Shown here: in pieces, positions 1 through 8,514 of the stretch | How positions within the stretch are numbered: position 1 is the stretch's first letter | How the letters are laid out: every line of letters begins with the position of its first letter | NCBI GenBank assembly: GCA_963662715.1 | Contig: OY759724.1 | Span: 870,001-902,000, forward strand | Direction of reading: 5' to 3' | Origin: Candidatus Omnitrophota bacterium | Lineage (GTDB): Bacteria > Omnitrophota > Gorgyraeia > Zapsychrales > JANLHA01 | DNA: 32,000 bases | Position numbers and translations under genes: made by a program | Notes under the pieces: generated by a model | Told to the model about the DNA's origin: nothing | Databases searched by the model: none | Seen by the model: the letters and a program-made list of their open reading frames with translations, nothing else

Positions 1-67
1 TCTTTAATCCGTTTTCAGCGCATTTATCATGAAAAATTTGTCTTTTACCTTCGGCATCTTTTTCCAT
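1..67 (-). CDS. Partial CDS (5' end only), hypothetical protein running off the left edge
   Basis: ATG at 67-65 on the minus strand opens the frame MEKDAEGKRQIFHDKCAENGLK..., which continues past position 1. Only 22 codons are visible and no family is recognisable. Confidence 0.25.
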   Translation of the reverse strand, partial: MEKDAEGKRQIFHDKCAENGLK

Positions 68-72
68 AGTTT

Positions 73-220
73 ATTACTATATAGTAATGAATACGGCTTG
101 TCAAGAACAGTAATAGGGACAGGCACTTTTGGGTATTAAGGTTTTCAAAAGAAAACCAATTAGGAGACAATACGATTTTTTTGACGATATATCGTCAAAA
201 TTTTGTGCCTGTCCCTATTA
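73..220. repeat. Nested inverted repeats: 16-bp palindrome plus a 16-bp perfect inverted repeat enclosing two inner hairpins
   Basis: ATTACTATATAGTAAT (73-88) is a perfect palindrome. TAATAGGGACAGGCAC (111-126) is the exact reverse complement of GTGCCTGTCCCTATTA (205-220). Inside that pair lie GTTTTC-aaaa-GAAAAC (141-156) and the 18-bp palindrome TTGACGATATATCGTCAA (181-198). Confidence 0.8.
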
Positions 221-226
221 TTCAAA

Positions 227-481
227 TTAACTTTTTATGAACTCATCAACTTTGGCTTGATTATCACAATAACAATCAAAACCGAAACTATATAAATGCT
301 TGCAAGAAAAATTCATAAGCCGCATGTCATGACTATCTAACAAAATGATCTTTTCTCCGCTCGGACTCCTGCGGCCCAGCCTTTTCATCAGATAAACCAA
401 ATCATTCTTCTCTTCGGTGCTTAACAGGCGCTTCATCTGACAGCGACATTCATTTTCATCCGGGATAAAATTTTCTTCCAT
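227..481 (-). CDS. Small hypothetical protein (84 aa), Cys-containing
   Basis: Only sizeable ORF in this interval. No recognisable motif beyond CxC and CYC pairs. Confidence 0.4.
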   Translation of the reverse strand: MEENFIPDENECRCQMKRLLSTEEKNDLVYLMKRLGRRSPSGEKIILLDSHDMRLMNFSCKHLYSFGFDCYCDNQAKVDEFIKS

Positions 482-660
482 GTCTTTTTTTTATAGCTTC
501 ATCAGAACTGCGCTATAAAATCTCCTCCGTTAAACTATTCATGAATTTTGTTTTTGTGATTATTCAATATATATATCATTTGGGGATATACACAAGAGGG
601 TAAAAAACGGCATGAAATGGGTATGGAGAATACCCATCAAAAGTCAGGAGAATTTTTTTA

Positions 661-3027
661 TTAAATCTTTTGTAAATAAGTGGTTAGGTTAATATCTTTC
701 CGGGAAAGCCCCAGTTTTAAGCGGATATTTTTACGGTGTTTTTCAACCGTTTGGAGGGATATATTTAACAGGCTGGAAATTTCCTTGCTGGTCAGTCCGC
801 CTTTAATCATGTCACATAACTCAATCTCCCGGGGGGTCAGTTTAAATTCCGGTTTGGTAATTTTACGGCCAAAGGAAGACGTCATGAATTTCAATTGATT
901 TTCCACAAGACCGACATATTTTTGAGAAGCGCCTTTCATACGCATTTTTTGCAGTGTCGGGATCAAAAACTGATTTATGTTGGCAGACACATCGTCCTTC
1001 ACCCTGTTCTTTTCAATCTCAATCTGCATGATCATTTCCCGGAGGGCCATATTTTTCTGCTCCAGAGAAATTTTCTGTTCCTCTAAAATCCGGGCCGCTT
1101 CCTTTTCCGCTGTAATATCCTCAGCGACAATAATAGCGATATTTTTCCCCGGGATATCAAGCTTGATCCCGTGATTCCGAAGAACTTTGATCTCTCCGGA
1201 CTTGGTTCTAATTTCAAACTCATAATTCCTATAAACTTCTCCCTGAACAAATTTTTTGGTTAAATCCCTTTTTTCCCGAGCATCAGCAAAGACATTAAAT
1301 TCTTCAAAAGTTTTTCCAACCACTTCAGCCGGAGTATAGCCGGTAATATCACAATACGCATTATTCACATAAAGCCTGCGGTCTTCATCCAGATCAATCA
1401 GCACGGTTAAAAGCGGAGACGTCAACAAGGCCTTGGATAATTGCTCCTGGCTTTCCTGCAGATCCCGCTCCATTTTCACCCGGTCGGTAATTTCAGTGAT
1501 AACGGCAAAACTTCCGGCATAATTGTTTTCGTCATCAAATAACGGCTGCCCAGAAACAATGGCAATAACGCTGTCCCCGTCCTTTCTGACAAATCCGAGT
1601 TCATAAACGGAACTTTCCCCTTTTTTTCTTCCTGTCAAATGGCCACGGAACATTTTTCTGTATTTCTCATCAAGCAGATCAAGGATATTCTTCCCTAACA
1701 ACTCTTTTTTCGGATACCCTAACGTGTCACATAACTTCTTATTCACATACGTTATGTTCCCCCCACGGTCCAGAATGCCGAACCCTTCATTCATTGTCTC
1801 AACCAGCAGACGATTATATTTCTCGCTGGCCCGAAGTTTTTCCTCGGCCTCCTTACGCTTGGTGATATCAACCCACTGACACACAACATTTAACAGACGG
1901 CCCGCGTTATCCACAACGGGAAAAAGAGAGGCGTAAAGCCAGAGGTCGCGACCGCCCGAGAGAGAAACATGCCCGGCCTTGGCTACTTTCCAAAGAATGC
2001 TGAATTGGGCAGGTTCTTTCTTCTCAAAAACCGCCCTGACCTGCGACATGACCCCCTGCTCTTTCAGATTAATATCCTTAAAAACATTATACTTCCCCAC
2101 GATCTGCTCTTTTGTAAGGTTAAGCGCCTTGCGGAGCGCTTTATTCGTTCTAATCACTGTGCCCGATGCATCCGAAATCCACATGGAGAAAGGGCTTTGA
2201 TCCATGATATTATCCAGAAAAGAGATGTTCATCTTCAGTTTCTCTTCACTTTCCCGCAAGGCCTCTTCTGTTTTCTTTCGCTCGGTTATATCCAGGGCAA
2301 TGCCTTCGATGGCCTTTAATCTCCCCTGTTCATCATAAATGAAAACATTCCTGTGCTCTGTCCAAATGATTTCTCCGTCTTTTTTTATCAATCTTAATTC
2401 CATGGCTTTTTGCGTATCCCACTTGCCCTCTTCCAACTGCCTGAGCAAATGCCGCTCTTCGGGATGAATGGTTTTGACTCCAAAGGCAGGGTCGAAATAA
2501 TATTCTTCGGGGTTAAAGCCTGTCATTCGGGTTATGGAAGGAGAAATATAGACGAAACGTTTCTGCGGGAGAAGTTCAAGGCGGTAAATGACATCATCCA
2601 TATCTTCAACAAGGTTCCGGTACCGGGTCTCACTCTCGATCAATGCTTCTTTCATTCTTTGCAGTTCGGTTATATCCTGCCCGCTGCTGAGAGTACCGAT
2701 AATCTTTCCCTGCTGATCTTTTAAATGAGCATTATGCCAGGCAATAGTCCTCTTTTCTCCGTTCCTGGTTAAAACATAATGCTCGTAATAATCAAAATTT
2801 TTTAATTTCCCGGATATGGTTCTCTGGAAAATCGGTGTCAACTTTTTTTGCTCTTCCTGAGGCAAAAAGTTTGCGAACCAGTCCCGGCCGATAATCTCTT
2901 TTTCCGGATATCCCAGGACTCTGGCGCCCTTCTTATTAATAAAAGTCACTTTTCCCTTTGAATCCAAGGCGACAATTATGACATTGGCGATATCCAGATA
3001 TTGTCTCGAAATATTATGTATATCCAT
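661..3027 (-). CDS. Multi-PAS-domain sensor fused to a C-terminal LuxR/GerE-type HTH transcriptional regulator
   Basis: 788-aa ORF with about five or six repeated PAS-like modules (recurrent patterns such as GxxxxxFINKKxxxxLGY and xxxGKxxxxLxxxxDITERK). The C-terminus LTPREIELCDMIKGGLTSKEISSLLNISLQTVEKHRKNIRLKLGL is a canonical LuxR-family HTH. Confidence 0.9.
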   Translation of the reverse strand: MDIHNISRQYLDIANVIIVALDSKGKVTFINKKGARVLGYPEKEIIGRDWFANFLPQEEQKKLTPIFQRTISGKLKNFDYYEHYVLTRNGEKRTIAWHNAHLKDQQGKIIGTLSSGQDITELQRMKEALIESETRYRNLVEDMDDVIYRLELLPQKRFVYISPSITRMTGFNPEEYYFDPAFGVKTIHPEERHLLRQLEEGKWDTQKAMELRLIKKDGEIIWTEHRNVFIYDEQGRLKAIEGIALDITERKKTEEALRESEEKLKMNISFLDNIMDQSPFSMWISDASGTVIRTNKALRKALNLTKEQIVGKYNVFKDINLKEQGVMSQVRAVFEKKEPAQFSILWKVAKAGHVSLSGGRDLWLYASLFPVVDNAGRLLNVVCQWVDITKRKEAEEKLRASEKYNRLLVETMNEGFGILDRGGNITYVNKKLCDTLGYPKKELLGKNILDLLDEKYRKMFRGHLTGRKKGESSVYELGFVRKDGDSVIAIVSGQPLFDDENNYAGSFAVITEITDRVKMERDLQESQEQLSKALLTSPLLTVLIDLDEDRRLYVNNAYCDITGYTPAEVVGKTFEEFNVFADAREKRDLTKKFVQGEVYRNYEFEIRTKSGEIKVLRNHGIKLDIPGKNIAIIVAEDITAEKEAARILEEQKISLEQKNMALREMIMQIEIEKNRVKDDVSANINQFLIPTLQKMRMKGASQKYVGLVENQLKFMTSSFGRKITKPEFKLTPREIELCDMIKGGLTSKEISSLLNISLQTVEKHRKNIRLKLGLSRKDINLTTYLQKI

Positions 3028-3229
3028 ATTTTTAATGAGCGTTAAATGAACGGCATTCCCTTTTCAGATTACTCCTTTGAAAATTTTAGTCAAGGATTTA
3101 ATTGCAGGCTCCGAACGGCTCAAAATGATGCAAATTGCTGCGGGAATAGGTTTTATACGCGGGAGAAAACAAGGAATTTATGGAGACAAAACATATAAGA
3201 CAATTCTATTATGTCATGTGACGGGACGA

Positions 3230-3871
3230 TCATCGTCGTTTCATCTCGAGAATATTTCCGCTGGCTGTATCCCGGACAACATAAACGCCTTCGGCCTTTT
3301 GTTCCAGCAAAAATCTCAGTAAAAGCTCTAAACGCTGAAGGGCATCTTCTTTTTGCGTGTGCAAAAAAACCTCGGTGAGACGGGGATCATCCCAGGGGAT
3401 TCCCAAGCGGGAAGGGATAACGGTCGCCTGAAAACATACGGCCGTGCCTTTACTGTCCAATAAAGACCAGGTGACTTCCACTCTCTCGATGGCATGAATC
3501 CGTGAACTGGCGAGCCAAAGCAGAAGGCTCAGAGAATGGGCCGTTTCATACCGGGCCGTATCTCCCAAATCGCTCTGGTCTCCGGCAGCCCATTCTTCAA
3601 GCGTAATCTTGATAATCCTTCCTTGAGATGATATAACGCCCCATCTGTTCTGCCCCTGATATCCAATAAGCTTTCTAACATACTCAAATTCCTCCACGAG
3701 ATACGTGACAAATTCCTCATCGGATATTCCCTCCGAAAGGCCATCCAGACGCAAACGGCCTTCCTCGGCATCCACAAGGCGGCGGCCGCATCCACTTATA
3801 AACAAAGTCGCTATGCCGACAACAAATAAGATTAAAAAACGGCAGAAAATTTTCTTGTTTTTCCGATGCAT
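3230..3871 (-). CDS. Putative lipoprotein, function unknown
   Basis: The ORF track starts at 3928, but the internal ATG at 3871 gives MHRKNKKIFCRFLILFVVGIATLFISGCG, a signal peptide with a lipobox (LFISGC). No other family motif. Confidence 0.55.
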   Translation of the reverse strand: MHRKNKKIFCRFLILFVVGIATLFISGCGRRLVDAEEGRLRLDGLSEGISDEEFVTYLVEEFEYVRKLIGYQGQNRWGVISSQGRIIKITLEEWAAGDQSDLGDTARYETAHSLSLLLWLASSRIHAIERVEVTWSLLDSKGTAVCFQATVIPSRLGIPWDDPRLTEVFLHTQKEDALQRLELLLRFLLEQKAEGVYVVRDTASGNILEMKRR

Positions 3872-3986
3872 GGCCTGTTTGAAATCAACCGGTCTGCCTG
3901 TGCACACAATAATGCACCTAGGGCACAACCTTTAAAAATATTAGAGAACTCCCTTAAATATAAATTTTATTATAACTAAATGAAGA

Positions 3987-4031
3987 AGGCCACATATGAG
4001 TTAATTAAATTAATTGTCTCATATGTGGCCT
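3987..4031 (-). terminator. Hairpin downstream of the YHS-domain gene, candidate intrinsic terminator
   Basis: AGGCCACATATGAG (3987-4000) and CTCATATGTGGCCT (4018-4031) are perfect 14-bp inverted arms. On the minus strand the hairpin is followed by TTCTTCATTT. It lies 30 nt after the stop at 4062. Confidence 0.5.
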
Positions 4032-4061
4032 CTTCCCCTGACTCAAAAATATCCGTTACGG

Positions 4062-4406
4062 CTATTTCATCTTTTCAATATACTTTTCCGGATCCTTTTC
4101 AAACGCAGTCATACAGCCCGCACAGCAAAGATTATAAACCTTGCCGTTATATTCCACCTTAACAGCCTTGTCTTTTTGAATTTTATTTCCCATAACAGGA
4201 CAGAGTTTATTGTTCGCTTCACTCACCTGCTTAACAGCATGTTTGTGCGCCGCTTCTTCGGCCATGGATGCCGTCCCTCCATGACTATGCATAGCGCCGT
4301 CTTTAACACCGGCCTGACACCCGCAGCTGCTGCAGGCATAACTCACACCATAGCTCGTCAAGACTAAAAATGCCGAAATAACCAGAACGAATAATTTGCT
4401 TATCAT
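4062..4406 (-). CDS. Secreted YHS/TRASH-type metal-binding protein
   Basis: N-terminal signal peptide (MISKLFVLVISAFLVLTSYG) followed by a Cys/His-rich stretch (CSSCGCQAG...HSHGG...HKH). The C-terminus CPVMGNKI...YNGKVYNLCCAGCMTAFEKDPEKY matches the YHS domain pattern. Confidence 0.7.
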   Translation of the reverse strand: MISKLFVLVISAFLVLTSYGVSYACSSCGCQAGVKDGAMHSHGGTASMAEEAAHKHAVKQVSEANNKLCPVMGNKIQKDKAVKVEYNGKVYNLCCAGCMTAFEKDPEKYIEKMK

Positions 4407-4545
4407 GTCTTCCTCCTTTAATATTAGAAATTCTCAATAGAAGTCATCCTTGCCCTCGCCTTAAGAGGGTTGATTTAAATCTATTTATTTGTCTCGGGAC
4501 AGATGAAAACCTTACAAGAAGGACGCCGGAAACAGAAACACGCAT

Positions 4546-4581
4546 AAAAAAAGGACACAATACTTGCCAAGTATTGTGTCC
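4546..4581 (-). terminator. Rho-independent terminator after dhaL
   Basis: GGACACAATACTTG / CAAGTATTGTGTCC forms a near-perfect hairpin (4553-4581). On the minus strand it is followed by a 7-T run (plus-strand A-run 4546-4552). It lies about 25 nt downstream of the dhaL stop. Confidence 0.75.
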
Positions 4582-4604
4582 CTAGAAGTTATAAAAATCC
4601 CTTG

Positions 4605-5225
4605 TTACAGCCGGGCTTCTTTTAAGCCTTCAATAAGTTTACGAATAACAACCATGCCGGGATCATCGAGCCCTCTGGTCTTATCGGCAAACATACGCGC
4701 CCGGCCCTGTTTACAGGGGCGGTCCCGGAATTCATCCAAAGCTTCGGCTGCCGCCCGATCCGCGGCTTCCAGCCATAAAGCAATATCTTCGGCGGCAACG
4801 AGGGCCTTCTGTACCGCAGCCAATTCATCGAGCACGGTCTTTTCGCCCAGGCTGCTTCGCCCCCGCTGAGCCATTTTTTCAATACTCAAATCCAGTATCC
4901 CCGGCAGATGCTGCCAGGCAACAGCCTCCCGGCCCTTGGTTTCTTTGGCCGCGGCCATAATACCGGTAGCAAACAGTGTGGCAAACGATGAAGCACGGGT
5001 TCCGGTAAAAGCCTGTGCGCACATCATTAAGGCCATGCCGACATCGTCCGGCAGCTTCGCGGCAACCTCCAGCATGGCCTTGAAGCCTGTAACCATAGTT
5101 ATCCCGATATCACCATCGCCGATCTGATTATCCAGACCGTTCAATTCATCGGCACAGCTTTCCATCTTACGGGCCATGCAAAGGATAGACTGCCGCAAGA
5201 CATCCGTGGTTAAGGCATCAGGCAT
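4605..5225 (-). CDS. dhaL: Dihydroxyacetone kinase, ADP-binding subunit DhaL
   Basis: 206 aa with the DhaL signature LDNQIGDGDIGITM. Overlaps the upstream dhaK by 8 nt. Confidence 0.85.
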   Translation of the reverse strand: MPDALTTDVLRQSILCMARKMESCADELNGLDNQIGDGDIGITMVTGFKAMLEVAAKLPDDVGMALMMCAQAFTGTRASSFATLFATGIMAAAKETKGREAVAWQHLPGILDLSIEKMAQRGRSSLGEKTVLDELAAVQKALVAAEDIALWLEAADRAAAEALDEFRDRPCKQGRARMFADKTRGLDDPGMVVIRKLIEGLKEARL

Positions 5226-6228
5226 ATGTTCCTACTTTCCAAAAAGCGCATTCGCAAGGGGCCTTAAGCAGACCTTCCAGTTCGTCATCAAGCCGGCAGA
5301 CCGTGAGGCTCATACCTGTCATCTCCATTGACGTGGCATAACGGCCGACCAAAGGCAGCACGATGGTTACACCCAGCTCATCGAACCGCGCCTTTACGTA
5401 TCTGTATATAATGTATAATTCTTCCGGGGGCGTTGCTCCCAGGCTGTTGACCATGACCGAAACGGTATCGCCTTTGGCCAGCGGCATGTCCTTGACAATA
5501 AGATCGAACATTTCCTGCGCGATGTCATCGGCTTTCTTCAGCTTACCCCGCCAAATACCCGGCTCTCCGTGAATGCCCATCCCCATTTCCATTTCATCAG
5601 CAGCGATCTCGAACCCCGGCTTGCCGGCTTGCGGAACGGTGCACGGGGTCAAGGCCATTCCGACCGAACGGCAGGCCTCTGCGGCTTTCCGGGCGACCCG
5701 GGTGACCTCGGCCATGTCCGCTTTTTCGTCCGCTTTGGCTCCGGCTATTTTAAACGTATATATCAAACCTCCTGTCCCGCGCCGCTTTTCCTTCTCTTCC
5801 GGAGGGGCGCTCGCCACATCGTCGGCAACCTGAACTGTCGTGGACTCTATGCCCTCCATCTCCACCATTTCTCCCGCCATATCAAAGTTCATAACATCGC
5901 CGCCGTAGTTACCGTAAAGCCGGAGGACCCCGGAACCGCTGTCCGCCCGGCGCATGGCCTCGGCGATCTGCTCAGCCGTCGGCGAACAGAACACATCCCC
6001 GATGGCCGCGGCATCCAGCAATCCCCTGCCGACATACCCCGTAAAGACCGGCAAATGCCCTGAACCGCCGCCGGTGACGATCCCCACTTTCCCGGCCACA
6101 GGGGCGTCAGGCCGGACAATAACGCGTCCCTGCGGTCCGGTCTGCCGATAATATTCCGGATGCGCTGCGCAAAGGCCCTCTAACATCTCGGCGACATATT
6201 TTGCTGGGTCGTTCAGTATCTTTTTCAT
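5218..6228 (-). CDS. dhaK: Dihydroxyacetone kinase, dihydroxyacetone-binding subunit DhaK
   Basis: 336 aa. MKKILNDPAKYVAEMLEGL N-terminus and the GIVTGGGSGHLP motif are typical of Dak1/DhaK. Coupled to dhaL. Confidence 0.9.
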   Translation of the reverse strand: MKKILNDPAKYVAEMLEGLCAAHPEYYRQTGPQGRVIVRPDAPVAGKVGIVTGGGSGHLPVFTGYVGRGLLDAAAIGDVFCSPTAEQIAEAMRRADSGSGVLRLYGNYGGDVMNFDMAGEMVEMEGIESTTVQVADDVASAPPEEKEKRRGTGGLIYTFKIAGAKADEKADMAEVTRVARKAAEACRSVGMALTPCTVPQAGKPGFEIAADEMEMGMGIHGEPGIWRGKLKKADDIAQEMFDLIVKDMPLAKGDTVSVMVNSLGATPPEELYIIYRYVKARFDELGVTIVLPLVGRYATSMEMTGMSLTVCRLDDELEGLLKAPCECAFWKVGTYA

Positions 6229-6339
6229 ATGCAGGTCTCCTTGGTCTCTTTCGTTTGAGGCCGAACAATGAATATCCGGCTCTCCTACGGGCTTCCCCCA
6301 TAGGACATGACAGGTTGGAATGGCATGGTATTCTTCACT

Positions 6340-6368
6340 ATTCTACTCATTTTCATCCTGCGTCTCAA
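6340..6368 (-). promoter_or_regulatory. Candidate sigma70-type promoter for dhaKL
   Basis: The minus strand reads TTGAGA (6368-6363), a 17-nt spacer, then TAGAAT (6345-6340), about 110 nt upstream of the dhaK ATG. Confidence 0.3.
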
Positions 6369-6425
6369 TAAATAAATTAAGGGGAAGTTCCTCAGAGGGC
6401 GTGTGCGGAAAGTCACGGAGACAGA

Positions 6426-6989
6426 CTATTTATCAGGCAATATCTCCTCTATTTTTCTAATTATTTCTTCTGATAAAGGATCAACCCGAGACTCATAGCG
6501 CGCAACAACCTCCCCTTGAGGATCAACAAGGAATTTATTGAAATTCCAGCTGATAGGCCCTTTGAATTCAGACTCTTGAGTCAGGTAGCGATACAAAGGA
6601 TTGATATCGGCACCCTTAACGCTTGTTTTTGAAAAAAGCGTAAAAGTCGTGTTGAACTTGCGATAACAAAAATTCTTAATTTCCTGATTATTCCCGGGTT
6701 CCTGTCCCAAAAAATTGTTCGCCGGAAAAGCCAGGATCTCCAGCCCTTTATCTTTGTATCTTTGATAAAGTTCTTCCAGAGACCCCAATTGCGGCGTAAA
6801 TCCACACCTTGAGGCCGTATTGACGATCAGCAAAACTTTACCTTTATAATCCGAAAAATTCTTTTCACTGTCGTCAATAGTCTTCATCGTGAATGAATAG
6901 ATAGTGCCGGAAGAGCCCTTTTCCGCATAACTATTGCCCCATAAGACAAGAATCAAAAACAAACCTATGCTCAATTTAACGACTCTCAT
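6426..6989 (-). CDS. Glutathione peroxidase family protein with signal peptide (Cys-type)
   Basis: Motifs NTASRCGFTPQ, LAFPANNFLGQEPG and WNFNKFLV are the three GPx signature blocks. The N-terminus MRVVKLSIGLFLILVLWGNSYA looks like a signal peptide. Confidence 0.9.
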   Translation of the reverse strand: MRVVKLSIGLFLILVLWGNSYAEKGSSGTIYSFTMKTIDDSEKNFSDYKGKVLLIVNTASRCGFTPQLGSLEELYQRYKDKGLEILAFPANNFLGQEPGNNQEIKNFCYRKFNTTFTLFSKTSVKGADINPLYRYLTQESEFKGPISWNFNKFLVDPQGEVVARYESRVDPLSEEIIRKIEEILPDK

Positions 6990-7014
6990 ACCTCCTCCTT
7001 AACGGCGACACTGC

Positions 7015-8469
7015 TCATAATTTATCAGCACAAGCTTCTCTGCTGTCATGCGCTTTTTTGTCCGTCTCCTCCGCAGGGCTCTGTCCGTTCCAGCAATGGA
7101 GACAGATCTTTTCGCGCGGCAGACCGATAGCTTCCACCATATCATCAATTGTCTGATACCGAAGAGTCGTGACTCCCATATCCTCGGCTATCCAATCGAT
7201 CATCTTCTGATATTTCTCTGTGGTGCAATCCAAATATTCCGAGATATCATCAGGCTCTCCACCTTCAAGCTCCCTGATGGCACGCCTTGCAATTAACTCA
7301 TCGTGCGTCCGGGTTGATAAACAAAACTTGCACGGGAACATTAAAGGAGGACATGCGGGGCGGGCATGGATTTCCTTTGCCCCGCAATCCCACAATTTTT
7401 TGATCGCAAAATTCTTGAGCTGGGTGCCCCGGACAATAGAATCGTCACAAACGACCAGTTTATTGTCTTCAATAATCTCTTTGATGGGGACCAGTTTCAT
7501 CGTTGCGACCAAGTCCCTGATTTCCTGACTGGGAGGAGTGTAGCTCCGGCCGTATCCGGGAGTGTATTTTATCAGAGGGCGGCGATAAGGCTTCTTTGAT
7601 TCTATTGCATACCCGATCGCATGGGCTATCCCTGAATCAGGAACTCCGGCGACCACATCAACATCAATATCCTTATCCCTCCTGGCGAGGGCTTTCCCGC
7701 ATCGCTCACGAACAGTCTCAACATTTATCCCCTCATAACTGGATGCCGGGAATCCCGTATAAATCCAGTAAAAAGAACATATCTGGTTCCGACCTCTTCC
7801 CCCTGATTTCTGAACAAGGCCGTCTTCCGTCATCAAGACAATTTCTCCGGGGAGCAAAAATTTCTCGTTCTTAAACTTCAGGTTCAAAAAAGCGGCATTT
7901 TCTGTCGTAACCGCCCACGCGTCTTCACTCTTTCCGACACAAAGCGGTGTATAACCCAATCGGTCCCTTGCCACATAAATTCCGTCCTCTTTCAGGACCA
8001 ACAACGAACAAGACCCTTCAATGGCGTCGAACATCTTTTCGATGCCGTCAATAATATTATCCCCGAGACTGATCAATTTTGCAATCAATTCCGCGCTATT
8101 GACCTCATCCTTGCACACCTCGCTGAAGGATATCCCCTGTTTAAAAAGGTCTTCCTTGAGTTTGCCCTTATTCGTTATTAAGCCGGTCATCACAACGCAA
8201 AAAGGGCCGAACTTGGAATTCAAATAAATAGGCTGTTCATCGGAATCGCTAATGACTCCAATCCCTTTATTCCCCTGCATTGTCTGAATGTCGTCAAAAA
8301 ATTTCGATTTAAACTGACTTTGGCTAATATCGTGAATTTGCCTGTAAAGCTCCTCGCCCAACACAGCCACACCCCCAAACTGCGTACCAAGATGTGTATG
8401 ATAATCAGTTCCGTAAAACAATATCTTGCCGACATCCTTTTTTGAAATTGCTCCAAACACTCCACTCAT
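7015..8469 (-). CDS. PurF-like amidophosphoribosyltransferase paralog with a non-canonical N-terminal nucleophile
   Basis: 484 aa. A class-II (Ntn) glutamine amidotransferase-like N-domain is followed by a PRTase domain with the PRPP loop VVCDDSIVRGTQ. The N-terminus is MSGVFG instead of the canonical MCG(I/V)xG, and VMTGLITN sits where PurF has xHNGxLxN. The C-terminal tail is Cys-rich. Confidence 0.75.
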   Translation of the reverse strand: MSGVFGAISKKDVGKILFYGTDYHTHLGTQFGGVAVLGEELYRQIHDISQSQFKSKFFDDIQTMQGNKGIGVISDSDEQPIYLNSKFGPFCVVMTGLITNKGKLKEDLFKQGISFSEVCKDEVNSAELIAKLISLGDNIIDGIEKMFDAIEGSCSLLVLKEDGIYVARDRLGYTPLCVGKSEDAWAVTTENAAFLNLKFKNEKFLLPGEIVLMTEDGLVQKSGGRGRNQICSFYWIYTGFPASSYEGINVETVRERCGKALARRDKDIDVDVVAGVPDSGIAHAIGYAIESKKPYRRPLIKYTPGYGRSYTPPSQEIRDLVATMKLVPIKEIIEDNKLVVCDDSIVRGTQLKNFAIKKLWDCGAKEIHARPACPPLMFPCKFCLSTRTHDELIARRAIRELEGGEPDDISEYLDCTTEKYQKMIDWIAEDMGVTTLRYQTIDDMVEAIGLPREKICLHCWNGQSPAEETDKKAHDSREACADKL

Positions 8470-8514
8470 TCAACTCTCCTCTTATTTATGGGACGGATTG
8501 CCCGTTTTTTTGAT

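Noticed and set aside
181-198. Palindrome TTGACGATATATCGTCAA as a bidirectional terminator
   Set aside because: The T-run precedes the hairpin and the A-run follows it on the plus strand, and the reverse holds on the minus strand. In neither transcript orientation is the stem followed by a U-tract.
3077-3322. Plus-strand 81-aa ORF between the PAS regulator and the lipoprotein gene
   Set aside because: It has no RBS or motif, overlaps the 3' end of the minus-strand lipoprotein gene, and starts inside the likely promoter region of the PAS regulator.
3872-3928. Longer N-terminal extension of the lipoprotein ORF (MCPRCIIVCTGRPVDFKQA...)
   Set aside because: The internal ATG at 3871 gives a textbook signal peptide and lipobox at the very N-terminus. 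The extension would bury it.
4014-4367. Plus-strand 117-aa ORF opposite the YHS-domain gene
   Set aside because: The minus-strand frame has a signal peptide, the YHS motif and a downstream hairpin. The plus-strand product has no features and would run through that hairpin.
5363-6301. Plus- and minus-strand ORFs overlapping dhaK (5569-6063, 5573-5833, 5889-6119, 5954-6151, 6107-6301)
   Set aside because: This is a GC-rich stretch where alternative frames stay open by chance. The products are Arg/Pro/Gly/Ala-rich with no motifs, whereas the DhaK frame has clear family signatures.
6321-6336. TGGCAT-N5-TCTT resembling a sigma-54 -24/-12 element upstream of dhaK
   Set aside because: It is on the plus strand, the wrong orientation for the minus-strand dhaK. 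It also lacks the TTGC -12 core.
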